This document shows, in pieces, positions 7,660-14,468 of a stretch of DNA of 32,000 bases. Position numbers and translations under genes: made by a program. The stretch is from assembly GCF_000199675.1 (NCBI RefSeq), contig NC_014960.1, forward strand, positions 3,340,561 through 3,372,560, in the 5' to 3' direction. The notes beneath the pieces were generated by a model, which saw nothing but the letters and a program-made list of their open reading frames with translations, was not told the DNA's origin and did no database searches. The DNA comes from Anaerolinea thermophila UNI-1. Its GTDB lineage: Bacteria > Chloroflexota > Anaerolineae > Anaerolineales > Anaerolineaceae. Numbering within the stretch: the stretch's first letter is position 1; each line of letters begins with the position of its first letter.

Positions 7660-9027
7660 TCAGGGGGTGTCGTCCACGATGAACGGAATGGCAACGGTGT
7701 ACAGCGCCTGATAGGAAAGGTGCGTGCGCTGGAGAGTTTGCCCGCTCTTGCCCCCAAAGATGTGCAGGTAGTTGCCGTATGTCACCGCCACACCCTGCTC
7801 CCCCAGCGGCGCGGGGGCAGGCTCCAGGGCTTGCCAGAGCCCATCGGCGGGGGTGAACACCCAGTTGGGAAGGTTGCCCTCATCGTTGGATGATATTCCC
7901 CCCAGCAGATAAATGGAGTTAATCAGCCCGACGGCGCTCATCTGCGCGCGGGGAGCGGGCATGGCGGGGAGCGCTTCCCAGACCGTCCCGCCGCCGCTCT
8001 CGCGGGCGGGGTGGTATGCCCATACCTCATCCAGCGGCTGACTGCCGTCGCTCCCGCCGAAAAGCAGGATGCGCCCTTCCACGGCAATTGCCGCGGCAAA
8101 GACGCGCGGCGAGGGCAGAGGGGTGCGCTCTTCCCAGCGGTTGGTTTCGGGGTCGTAGGCATACACGGCGGAGGAAGGGGTTTTGCCGTCCCACCCGCCG
8201 AAGAGGTACAGGTTGCCTTCAAAGGCGGTCAGCGCGTAGCCTGCCAGCGCCTGCGGGAGCGGGGCACGGCTTTGCCAGGAATCGGTAAGCGGGCTGTACA
8301 CTTCCAGCGCGCTGATGGGGCGCTGGGCGGCGGTCATTCCGCCGGGCAGGTAAATCTGCTCGCCCAGCCGCGCCGCCGCAATTTGCGAGACGGCGGTGGG
8401 CTTGCCGCTCAGGGCTTGCCAGGTATCTGTTGCGGGGTCATACGCCAGCGTATCGTTGCTGATGCCGGTCTCGGTCTCGCCGCCAAAGAGGTACAGACGC
8501 TCGTTGAAGGCAATCGCCGCCATGCCGGCGCGGGCTTCGGGCAGTTCTTTGAGGACTGCCCAGCGCGGCGGGGCAACAGGCGTGGTTTGCGTACTGGCGG
8601 GGGTGGGGGTAGATGCCGCCGGGCGGGTCAAGTTCCATACCAGCGCGCCTGCCAGGAGGAGAATGAGCAATGCCGCGCCTGCCAGCGCCCAGCGGTTCAG
8701 CGTCCGCCGCGCGGGGAGAGGGGCTTCCACTTCGCGGGTCAGTGCCGCCACCTGCAGAGGGCTTTCGGGAGGAACTTCTTCTTCGGCGGGGGAGGTCTCA
8801 GGCAGGGAAAAGCCCGGCGGGGTAATGCCGTTGCGGATGGCGTACAGCGTGGCTTCGGTGCGCGAAACCACGCCAATCTTGGCAAAGATGTTGCGCAAAT
8901 GGACTTTGACCGTGTTGGGGCTGATGGACAGTGCCTGAGCGATTTCTTTGTTGGATGCGCCGGTTGCCACCAAACGCAAAATCTCTATCTCGCGTTCGCT
9001 CAGGGGCTCGTTGTTGGGCAACTCCAT
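7660..9027 (-). CDS. Membrane-tethered LuxR/FixJ-type HTH regulator with extracytoplasmic six-bladed Kelch beta-propeller
   Basis: 455 aa. N-terminal LuxR HTH LSEREIEILRLVATGASNKEIAQALSISPNTVKVHLRNIFAKIGV. One TM segment, WALAGAALLILLLAGALVW. Six Kelch-like blades marked by LYLFGG, IYLPGG, LYLFGGWDG, ILLFGGSDG, IYLLGG and LHIFGG. Confidence 0.85.
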   Translation of the reverse strand: MELPNNEPLSEREIEILRLVATGASNKEIAQALSISPNTVKVHLRNIFAKIGVVSRTEATLYAIRNGITPPGFSLPETSPAEEEVPPESPLQVAALTREVEAPLPARRTLNRWALAGAALLILLLAGALVWNLTRPAASTPTPASTQTTPVAPPRWAVLKELPEARAGMAAIAFNERLYLFGGETETGISNDTLAYDPATDTWQALSGKPTAVSQIAAARLGEQIYLPGGMTAAQRPISALEVYSPLTDSWQSRAPLPQALAGYALTAFEGNLYLFGGWDGKTPSSAVYAYDPETNRWEERTPLPSPRVFAAAIAVEGRILLFGGSDGSQPLDEVWAYHPARESGGGTVWEALPAMPAPRAQMSAVGLINSIYLLGGISSNDEGNLPNWVFTPADGLWQALEPAPAPLGEQGVAVTYGNYLHIFGGKSGQTLQRTHLSYQALYTVAIPFIVDDTP

Positions 9028-9034
9028 GCCGTTT

Positions 9035-9040
9035 ATTATA
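9035..9040 (-). promoter_or_regulatory. Candidate -10 (TATAAT) only 7 nt upstream of the LuxR-Kelch ATG (leaderless-type arrangement)
   Basis: The minus strand reads GGTATAATAAACGGCATG. There is no SD between the -10 and the ATG, and no clear -35. Confidence 0.4.
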
Positions 9041-9093
9041 CCGTCACTTGCGTGAGCGGTCTCCCTCTCTGTTCCCTGCGTTCGCCGAGGGCG

Positions 9094-9121
9094 CGCACGG
9101 TTCGACAGGCTCGCCGTGCGG
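9094..9121. repeat. REP-like palindromic unit (core TTCGACAGGCTC in the loop of a 7-bp stem)
   Basis: CGCACGG (9094-9100) / CCGTGCG (9114-9120) flank TTCGACAGGCTCG. The 21-nt unit TTCGACAGGCTCGCCGTGCGG spans 9101-9121. Confidence 0.75.
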
Positions 9122-9144
9122 CGCGGGAAAATCCTGCAATTTTT

Positions 9145-9153
9145 TGATATACT
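9145..9153 (+). promoter_or_regulatory. Candidate extended -10 (TGaTATACT) for the kinase/regulator operon
   Basis: TG at 9145-9146 and TATACT at 9148-9153, 25 nt upstream of ATG 9179, in an AT-rich patch. Confidence 0.4.
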
Positions 9154-9178
9154 CTATCCGAAACGGGATCACCACGTC

Positions 9179-10609
9179 ATGGAGAACCTTCGCTTGTTTT
9201 TTCAGTATAACGAACCCCTTTTTCAGTTCATCTACGGGCTGACCTTTTTCGTTTTGGGGGTTGCCATTGCCCTGCAGGCGCGCTATTCTTCCCGGCTGGA
9301 AATTGCCCGCAGTCTCCGCTGGCTGGCGGCTTTCGGCTTTACGCATGGTTTGTATGTGTGGGGAGAATTATTTGTCCCTGTGCAAGCCTCTTACTTCCCG
9401 CCTCTGTTCATGCAGGGAGTACACTTTCTACACTTGCTTTTGCTTGCCCTGTCTTATGTGTGTCTCTTTGAGTTTGGTTTGGCACTGCTCCGTCCTTTGC
9501 GGATGGGAAACACCCTGCGCGGGCTGGTGGCAGGCTGGCATATCCTCTTCACCCTTTTGATGGTAAGGGCGGCATTTTCCACACCCTTTGACCTGAGGTC
9601 CTTTCATGATCATGTAGAAGCATTGGCAGGGTATATGATTGCCTTTCCCGGCGGGTTGTTTGCCGCTTACGGCTTGCGCGAACAAACTTACCGCCTGATC
9701 GCTCCCCTGGATGCGCCTCAGGTGGTGAGTATGCTGCGCACTGCGGGAATCACTCTGGCGCTGTTTGGCGCTCTGCGCGGATTAATCCCTCCGCCCATTC
9801 AGTTTTTCCCCGGCAGTTGGTTGAATTTGCGCACCTTTGAAGATGCTCTGGGTGTGCCGGTACTGGTTTTTCTTGTTCTGCTGGGCGGCTTTCTGTTGTT
9901 TTCAATGGTACGCGCGCTGGAAGTGTTTCACGTGGAGATGGAGCGCACCATCGAACACATGGAACAACAGCAAATCCTGCAGGCGGAGCGTGAGCGTATT
10001 GCTCGCGAACTGCACGACAATACCCTGCAGATGGCATACACTGCGGGCTTGCTCATCGACTCGGCGCGCAAACTGGCAGACGCCGACAGCCCTATCGCCC
10101 AGCGGCTGGAACGGGCAGTGCAGGCGCTGAACGAGGTCATTGCCGACCTGCGCCGCAACATGCAGGATTTACATTCTCCGCTGGGAGAAAATAACCCCCG
10201 CCGCGCCATTCGTCAACTGGTGGATGATCCGCGCTTCCGCACCCTGGTGGAGATTCATCTGGAAGATACCCTGCCCGAAGAGTGGACGCTCTCCCCGCGT
10301 CATACCGCGCACCTGCTGGCAATTTTGCAGGAAGCGCTCTCCAACGTGGTGCGCCATGCCCGTGCTACTCGCGTAACCCTGCAACTGCGCCAGGACGAAG
10401 CCGGCAACACCCTGCTGACTCTGGAAGACGATGGCGAAGGCATGCCCGCGCAAGTGCGCGAAGGCTACGGACTGCGCAATATGCGCGAGCGCGCCCGCAT
10501 GATGGGCGGCACGCTTGTCCTGAGCAACCGTTCCCCCGAAAAAGGCACTCGCCTGATGCTGATTTTCCCCTCTGATACCCTCTCATCATCGGAAAGGACT
10601 CGGGTATGA
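9179..10609 (+). CDS. Sensor histidine kinase, HisKA_3 (NarX/DegS/LiaS-like) family, polytopic membrane N-terminus
   Basis: H-box RIARELHDNTLQ. N-box LQEALSNVVRHA. G-boxes DDGEGM and GYGLRNMRERARMMGGTL. Six or more TM segments. The track start GTG 9116 lies inside the REP unit, so ATG 9179 (MENLRLFF...) is preferred. Confidence 0.85.
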   Translation: MENLRLFFQYNEPLFQFIYGLTFFVLGVAIALQARYSSRLEIARSLRWLAAFGFTHGLYVWGELFVPVQASYFPPLFMQGVHFLHLLLLALSYVCLFEFGLALLRPLRMGNTLRGLVAGWHILFTLLMVRAAFSTPFDLRSFHDHVEALAGYMIAFPGGLFAAYGLREQTYRLIAPLDAPQVVSMLRTAGITLALFGALRGLIPPPIQFFPGSWLNLRTFEDALGVPVLVFLVLLGGFLLFSMVRALEVFHVEMERTIEHMEQQQILQAERERIARELHDNTLQMAYTAGLLIDSARKLADADSPIAQRLERAVQALNEVIADLRRNMQDLHSPLGENNPRRAIRQLVDDPRFRTLVEIHLEDTLPEEWTLSPRHTAHLLAILQEALSNVVRHARATRVTLQLRQDEAGNTLLTLEDDGEGMPAQVREGYGLRNMRERARMMGGTLVLSNRSPEKGTRLMLIFPSDTLSSSERTRV

Positions 10610-11268
10610 ACCGCATTCGCATTGTCATTGTCGATGATCATGCGCTGGTACGCATGGGACTGACCACCCTGATCTGCGACCGTCCCGATATGCAGGTCGT
10701 GGGCGAAGCCAGCAATCTGACTCAGGCTCTGCGTGTCATTGAGGAAACCCAGCCGCAAATCGTGCTGATGGATATTCGCATGCCCGGCGAAAGCGGCATT
10801 GAAGCCACCCGGCAGATTGTTCAGCGCTTTCCTCAAACCCGTGTCATCATCCTCACTTCCTACTCCGACGATGAACTGGTCATGCGTGCCATTCATGCGG
10901 GCGCATCGGGTTATGTGCTTAAACAAGCCGATAACGATGTGCTTCTGGATGCCATCCAAACCGTTGCGCGCGGCGAATCCTTGCTCGATCCTGCCACCAC
11001 CACGCGCCTGCTCCACTTTGTGCGCGAGATGGAGCGCAAAGCCGAACAAAATGCTTTCCGCGATCTTTCGGAGCGCGAGTTAAGCGTGCTGGCGGAACTG
11101 GCAAAAGGCAAAACCAACGCCGAAATTGGCAGAACTCTGCATCTCAGCGAAAAGACCGTGCGCAATCATGTCAGCGTGATTCTGGAAAAACTGCATCTCT
11201 CCAACCGCGTGGAACTGGCAACCTACGCGGTGGAGCATCACATTTTCGACCTGGTGAAGAGAGATTAA
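10606..11268 (+). CDS. Response regulator, NarL/FixJ family (REC + LuxR HTH)
   Basis: 220 aa. IVIVDDHALVR, phospho-acceptor in VLMDIRMPG, ILTSYSDD, GYVLKQ. C-terminal HTH LSERELSVLAELAKGKTNAEIGRTLHLSEKTVRNHV. ATGA overlap with the kinase stop. Confidence 0.92.
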   Translation: MNRIRIVIVDDHALVRMGLTTLICDRPDMQVVGEASNLTQALRVIEETQPQIVLMDIRMPGESGIEATRQIVQRFPQTRVIILTSYSDDELVMRAIHAGASGYVLKQADNDVLLDAIQTVARGESLLDPATTTRLLHFVREMERKAEQNAFRDLSERELSVLAELAKGKTNAEIGRTLHLSEKTVRNHVSVILEKLHLSNRVELATYAVEHHIFDLVKRD

Positions 11269-11270
11269 CA

Positions 11271-11310
11271 AAAGACAGAGACTCGCTCCAAAGGCGAGCC
11301 TCTGTCTTTT
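11271..11310. terminator. Bidirectional stem-loop terminator between convergent genes
   Basis: AAAGACAGAG-a-CTCGC (11271-11286) pairs with GCGAG-c-CTCTGTCTTT (11294-11309), 15 bp with one mismatch and a 7-nt loop. It ends in TTTT. Confidence 0.75.
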
Positions 11311-11327
11311 ACCGATAAAAGTTTCCG

Positions 11328-11900
11328 TTAAGATTGGGCGGCTTGAGGCGTTTTGTTCCTGTTCAACCAGCGGAGGATAAAGAAGTCAGCCCCGTAATAC
11401 CCGGCTACCTTCCACGCCAGGATCAGCAGAATGGCAACCAGGAAGAGCAAAGGATTGGTGCTGGCGGTGCCAGCCATCATGAAGTTCCAGTTCATCAGCG
11501 CGGCAAAGAAGGCGGTGATGCCCACAATTGCGCCGACGATCAAGCCGATGCCCACCAGCAGTTCGCCGTAGGCTACCAGTTTGGCAAACCAGGTGTACGA
11601 CTGCGCATCCAGCAGGGACTGAATGAAAGCGCGGTACCAGTCGAAGGCAATGGGAGGGCGCGCAGGCGGTTCAGGAATGGCAACTGCCCGAGTCCAGAAC
11701 CCTTTGAGGGCTTCCCCCGTAACCACCCACTTGGGATCGTTTATTTTGTGCAGGGAGGCTTCAATCCACTGCCAGCCCAGCCAGATGCGCACTACCAGCC
11801 ACAACCAGGCGGCGCGGCGGTCATTGAAGAGGAATTTTGCCCATGAGGGATCTTGCAATTCAAGGGCTTCTCCCTTGAAGAACGTAGAAATGCTTGCCAT
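11328..11900 (-). CDS. DoxX/DoxD-like family membrane protein
   Basis: The track ORF extends to 11915. ATG 11900 is preceded by AAGGAG. Four hydrophobic helices, with WLWLVVRIWLGWQWIEASLHKI typical of DoxX/DoxD-type proteins. Confidence 0.8.
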   Translation of the reverse strand: MASISTFFKGEALELQDPSWAKFLFNDRRAAWLWLVVRIWLGWQWIEASLHKINDPKWVVTGEALKGFWTRAVAIPEPPARPPIAFDWYRAFIQSLLDAQSYTWFAKLVAYGELLVGIGLIVGAIVGITAFFAALMNWNFMMAGTASTNPLLFLVAILLILAWKVAGYYGADFFILRWLNRNKTPQAAQS

Positions 11901-11992
11901 TACTCGCTCCTTCATGAATTGAGGTTGTTGATTTTTTGGGTTGCGTTTTGCTCAACCTGCTTCCATTTTAGAAGGGATGATATGTGAATTAC

Positions 11993-12031
11993 AGGGACAC
12001 CCGCCCCCATTCCCATAGGGCAGGTGTCCCT
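11993..12031. other. 9-bp perfect inverted repeat (AGGGACACC / GGTGTCCCT), 21-nt loop
   Basis: Read directly from the sequence. It lies at the left end of the repeat-containing block in the DoxX/MFS divergent spacer. Confidence 0.6.
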
Positions 12032-12051
12032 TTGTGTGTTCTGCGAGGGTG

Positions 12052-12140
12052 CGTGCGGTTCGGCAGGCTCACCGTGCGGGGTCGACAGGCTCACCGCACG
12101 GTTCGGCGGGTTGAGCGCGCCCTGAGCCTGTCGAAGGGCG
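12052..12140. repeat. Cluster of REP-like units (two direct 21-nt units plus one inverted core)
   Basis: TTCGGCAGGCTCACCGTGCGG (12059-12079) and GTCGACAGGCTCACCGCACGG (12081-12101). Inverted core TGAGCCTGTCGA (12123-12134) is complementary to TCGACAGGCTCA (12082-12093). Alternative 8-bp stem CCGTGCGG / CCGCACGG. Confidence 0.8.
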
Positions 12141-12201
12141 CATGCTCATCGTTTGCAGTGTTCCCCGTCACCGCCTGCTTGGGAAAATCCCCATGCGAAG
12201 G

Positions 12202-12231
12202 TTCACAGGGATTCGTGAATTACGGTACAAT
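12202..12231 (+). promoter_or_regulatory. Candidate sigma-70-type promoter of the MFS operon (TTCACA - 18 nt - TACAAT)
   Basis: TTCACA at 12202-12207 and TACAAT at 12226-12231. GAGGG SD lies 8 nt before ATG 12264. Confidence 0.45.
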
Positions 12232-12263
12232 GTTCCCAATGCTGGAATGAACGAGGGAACGGC

Positions 12264-13526
12264 ATGGCACATCCATTGATTGCAACCCTGAAAAACGCCC
12301 GCGGCAACGCCCGCGGCGCCATCCTCTCCGAACCGTTGTGGGGCATCCCCTTCAACCTCTATGCTCCCTACTTCTCGGTGTACATGCTGGCGCTGGGATT
12401 AACTGACTCGCAAATCGGCTTGCTGGTCAGCCTGGGGCTGGTGTTTCAGTTCTTCTGGGGCTTGCTGGGGGGCATTATCACCGACAAACTGGGACGCAAG
12501 CGCACCACCTTCATCTTCGACGCCATCTCGTGGACGATTCCCACCCTGTTGTGGGCAACCGCAAAGAGTTTTTATTCCTTCCTTGCCGCCGTGCCGTTCA
12601 ACAGCGCCTGGCGCGTGACCCACAACTCGTGGACGCTGGTGCTGGTGGAAGATACCGACCCCGAAGAACTGGTGGAAATCTACTCGTGGATTTACATCGC
12701 CGGGCAGTTGGCGGTGTTCTTTGCTCCCATTGCAGGCTTGCTCATCGCCCGCTTTGGGCTGGTGCCGACCATGCGCGGCTTGCTGTTGCTGGCGTGCGTG
12801 ATGATGACTGCCAAATTCATCGTCATGAACGCCATGGTCACCGAGACGCAGAGGGGCAAAATCCGCATGGAAGAGACGCGCCACCGCAGTATCTTCTCGC
12901 TTCTGCTGGAGTACCGCGATGTGCTGGGCATCCTCTTCCGCTCGCCCGCCACGCTCTACACCCTGGGCATTCACCTTGCCTTTTCCATCGCCAACACGGT
13001 GAGCGGCACCTTCTGGTCGATTCTGGTGACGGAGAAACTGCTCATCCCCGCCGCGCACCTCTCGCTCTTCCCCATCGCCAAATCTGCCATCATGCTGATG
13101 TTCTTCTTCCTCATCACCCCGCGCCTGCGCGGCGTACACTTCCGCAACCCGATGGTGCTGTCGTTCCTGGGGTACATCGTTGCCTACTCCATCCTGCTGG
13201 TCACCCCCGAGCGCAACTACCCCCTGCTGTTCCTCTCGGTGACCATCGAGACCTGCAGTTTTGCCGTGCTGGGTACGCAGTTGGATCGCCTGCTGGTGGT
13301 GACGATGAACCCCGAGGAACGCGCCCGCATCATGGCGCTGTTCGTTGCCACGCTGGTGGCGGCAACCTCGCCCTTTGGCTGGATTGCCGGAGCGTTGTCT
13401 TCCATCAACCGCATCCTGCCCTTCCTGCTGTGCCTGGCGATGTATGCCATCGGCATCGTGCTGGTACTGCGCGCCGCGCGCCTGCCGCAAAATCAACCCC
13501 AAACCGGCGAGGTCGCGGCTGGATGA
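12264..13526 (+). CDS. MFS transporter
   Basis: 420 aa, about 12 TM segments. MFS loop 2-3 signature GIITDKLGRKR. Confidence 0.9.
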   Translation: MAHPLIATLKNARGNARGAILSEPLWGIPFNLYAPYFSVYMLALGLTDSQIGLLVSLGLVFQFFWGLLGGIITDKLGRKRTTFIFDAISWTIPTLLWATAKSFYSFLAAVPFNSAWRVTHNSWTLVLVEDTDPEELVEIYSWIYIAGQLAVFFAPIAGLLIARFGLVPTMRGLLLLACVMMTAKFIVMNAMVTETQRGKIRMEETRHRSIFSLLLEYRDVLGILFRSPATLYTLGIHLAFSIANTVSGTFWSILVTEKLLIPAAHLSLFPIAKSAIMLMFFFLITPRLRGVHFRNPMVLSFLGYIVAYSILLVTPERNYPLLFLSVTIETCSFAVLGTQLDRLLVVTMNPEERARIMALFVATLVAATSPFGWIAGALSSINRILPFLLCLAMYAIGIVLVLRAARLPQNQPQTGEVAAG

Positions 13527-14113
13527 GCGTCATTCTGTGGTTGATTCGTCACGGGGAAACCGACTGGAACCGCGAGGGGCGCTGGCAGGGCTGGCGGGAT
13601 GTGCCGCTCAATGCCACCGGGCTGGCGCAAGCCGAAGCCATGGCGGAAAAACTGGCAGTCGCCGGGGTGACCTTCCACGCGCTGTATGCCAGCCCTCTGC
13701 GCCGGGCTTTGCAGACTGCGCAACCGGCGGCGCGCCGTTTGGGGCTGGAAATCCGCGTGGATGAACGCCTGCGCGAGATTCATCAGGGGGCGTTTGAGGG
13801 ACTGACCCACGCCGAGATTGCCGAGCGCTACGCCGCCGAACTGGACGCCATCCGCCGCATGCCTGCCACGGCATCCGCACCCGGCGGCGAGACGGTGACG
13901 CAGGTTGCCGCCCGCCTGCGCGCCGCCGCCGATGACCTTGCCCGCCGCCACGCGGGTCAGACGGTGCTGGTGTTTGGTCACGGCTTGGCGCTGGCAACCC
14001 TGTACTGTCAGGCGCACGGCATCCCGCTGGAGCAGGCGCACCTTCACATCCCCCGCAACGGGGATATCCTGGTGGTGGAGTGGGGGGAAGAAACTTCTCT
14101 ATCGGTGCGGTAA
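13523..14113 (+). CDS. Histidine phosphatase family protein (phosphoglycerate mutase-like / CobC-like)
   Basis: MSVILWLIRHGETDWN (RHG catalytic motif) and a second His in LVFGHGLAL. ATGA overlap with the MFS stop. This is the in-frame 3' part of track ORF 12530-14113. Confidence 0.9.
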   Translation: MSVILWLIRHGETDWNREGRWQGWRDVPLNATGLAQAEAMAEKLAVAGVTFHALYASPLRRALQTAQPAARRLGLEIRVDERLREIHQGAFEGLTHAEIAERYAAELDAIRRMPATASAPGGETVTQVAARLRAAADDLARRHAGQTVLVFGHGLALATLYCQAHGIPLEQAHLHIPRNGDILVVEWGEETSLSVR

Positions 14114-14256
14114 TCCTGTTTGTGCCGCTGTCAACGCCCGGCACCCCTGCAGAAAGTCGCTGAAAGCGCCGCGGTGGTCTTTCTTTCTGTCAGAGAAAAC
14201 GGGTAAATCCAGAGAGGAATGGCTTCGGTCGCCCTGGCGGGCTCCCTCGCAATGAC

Positions 14257-14453
14257 ACCCCTTCGCGCCTTCGTGGTGAGACCAGCACGCAGGTTTCGAC
14301 AGGCTCGGCGAACGCGAACCGCAGGCTGAGTTCGCCGAAGCGTGCAATCGGCTTAGCGAACCCTCTTATCTCCCTTCGCGCGCTTTGCGCCTTCGCGGTG
14401 AGACCAGCACAACGGCTTCGACAGGCTCAGGCTTCGACAGGCTCAGCCGGCGG
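14257..14453. repeat. Two direct composite repeat elements (heptad module + GGTGAGACCAGCAC + REP-like core) in a 355-bp convergent spacer
   Basis: Copy 1 is at 14257-14315 and copy 2 at 14372-14453. Shared string CTTCGYGGTGAGACCAGCAC, then TTCGACAGGCTC (14295, 14417, 14433). Between the copies is a 7-bp stem GGCGAAC/GTTCGCC. Confidence 0.8.
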
Positions 14454-14468
14454 GACTTGGTATGCCCC

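Noticed and set aside
12530-13522. 5' extension of the histidine phosphatase frame (track ORF 12530-14113, 527 aa)
   Set aside because: The extension overlaps the MFS transporter in another frame and translates to Pro/Arg/His-rich nonsense. The phosphatase family N-terminus (MSVILWLIRHGETDWN) begins exactly at ATG 13523, which overlaps the MFS stop.
14114-14256. Possible small RNA or tRNA in the long convergent spacer; other spacers were also scanned
   Set aside because: Only a short 6-bp hairpin (GTGCCG/CGGCAC) was found. No tRNA cloverleaf landmarks (GTTCRANYC T-loop, appropriately spaced stems) were seen in any intergenic region, and no rRNA-like sequence.
14257-14453. Possible CRISPR array or tandem-repeat locus
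   Set aside because: The repeats are 16-21 nt, irregularly spaced and of mixed orientation, and they are shared with many other spacers in the window. There is no regular repeat-spacer periodicity and no cas genes.
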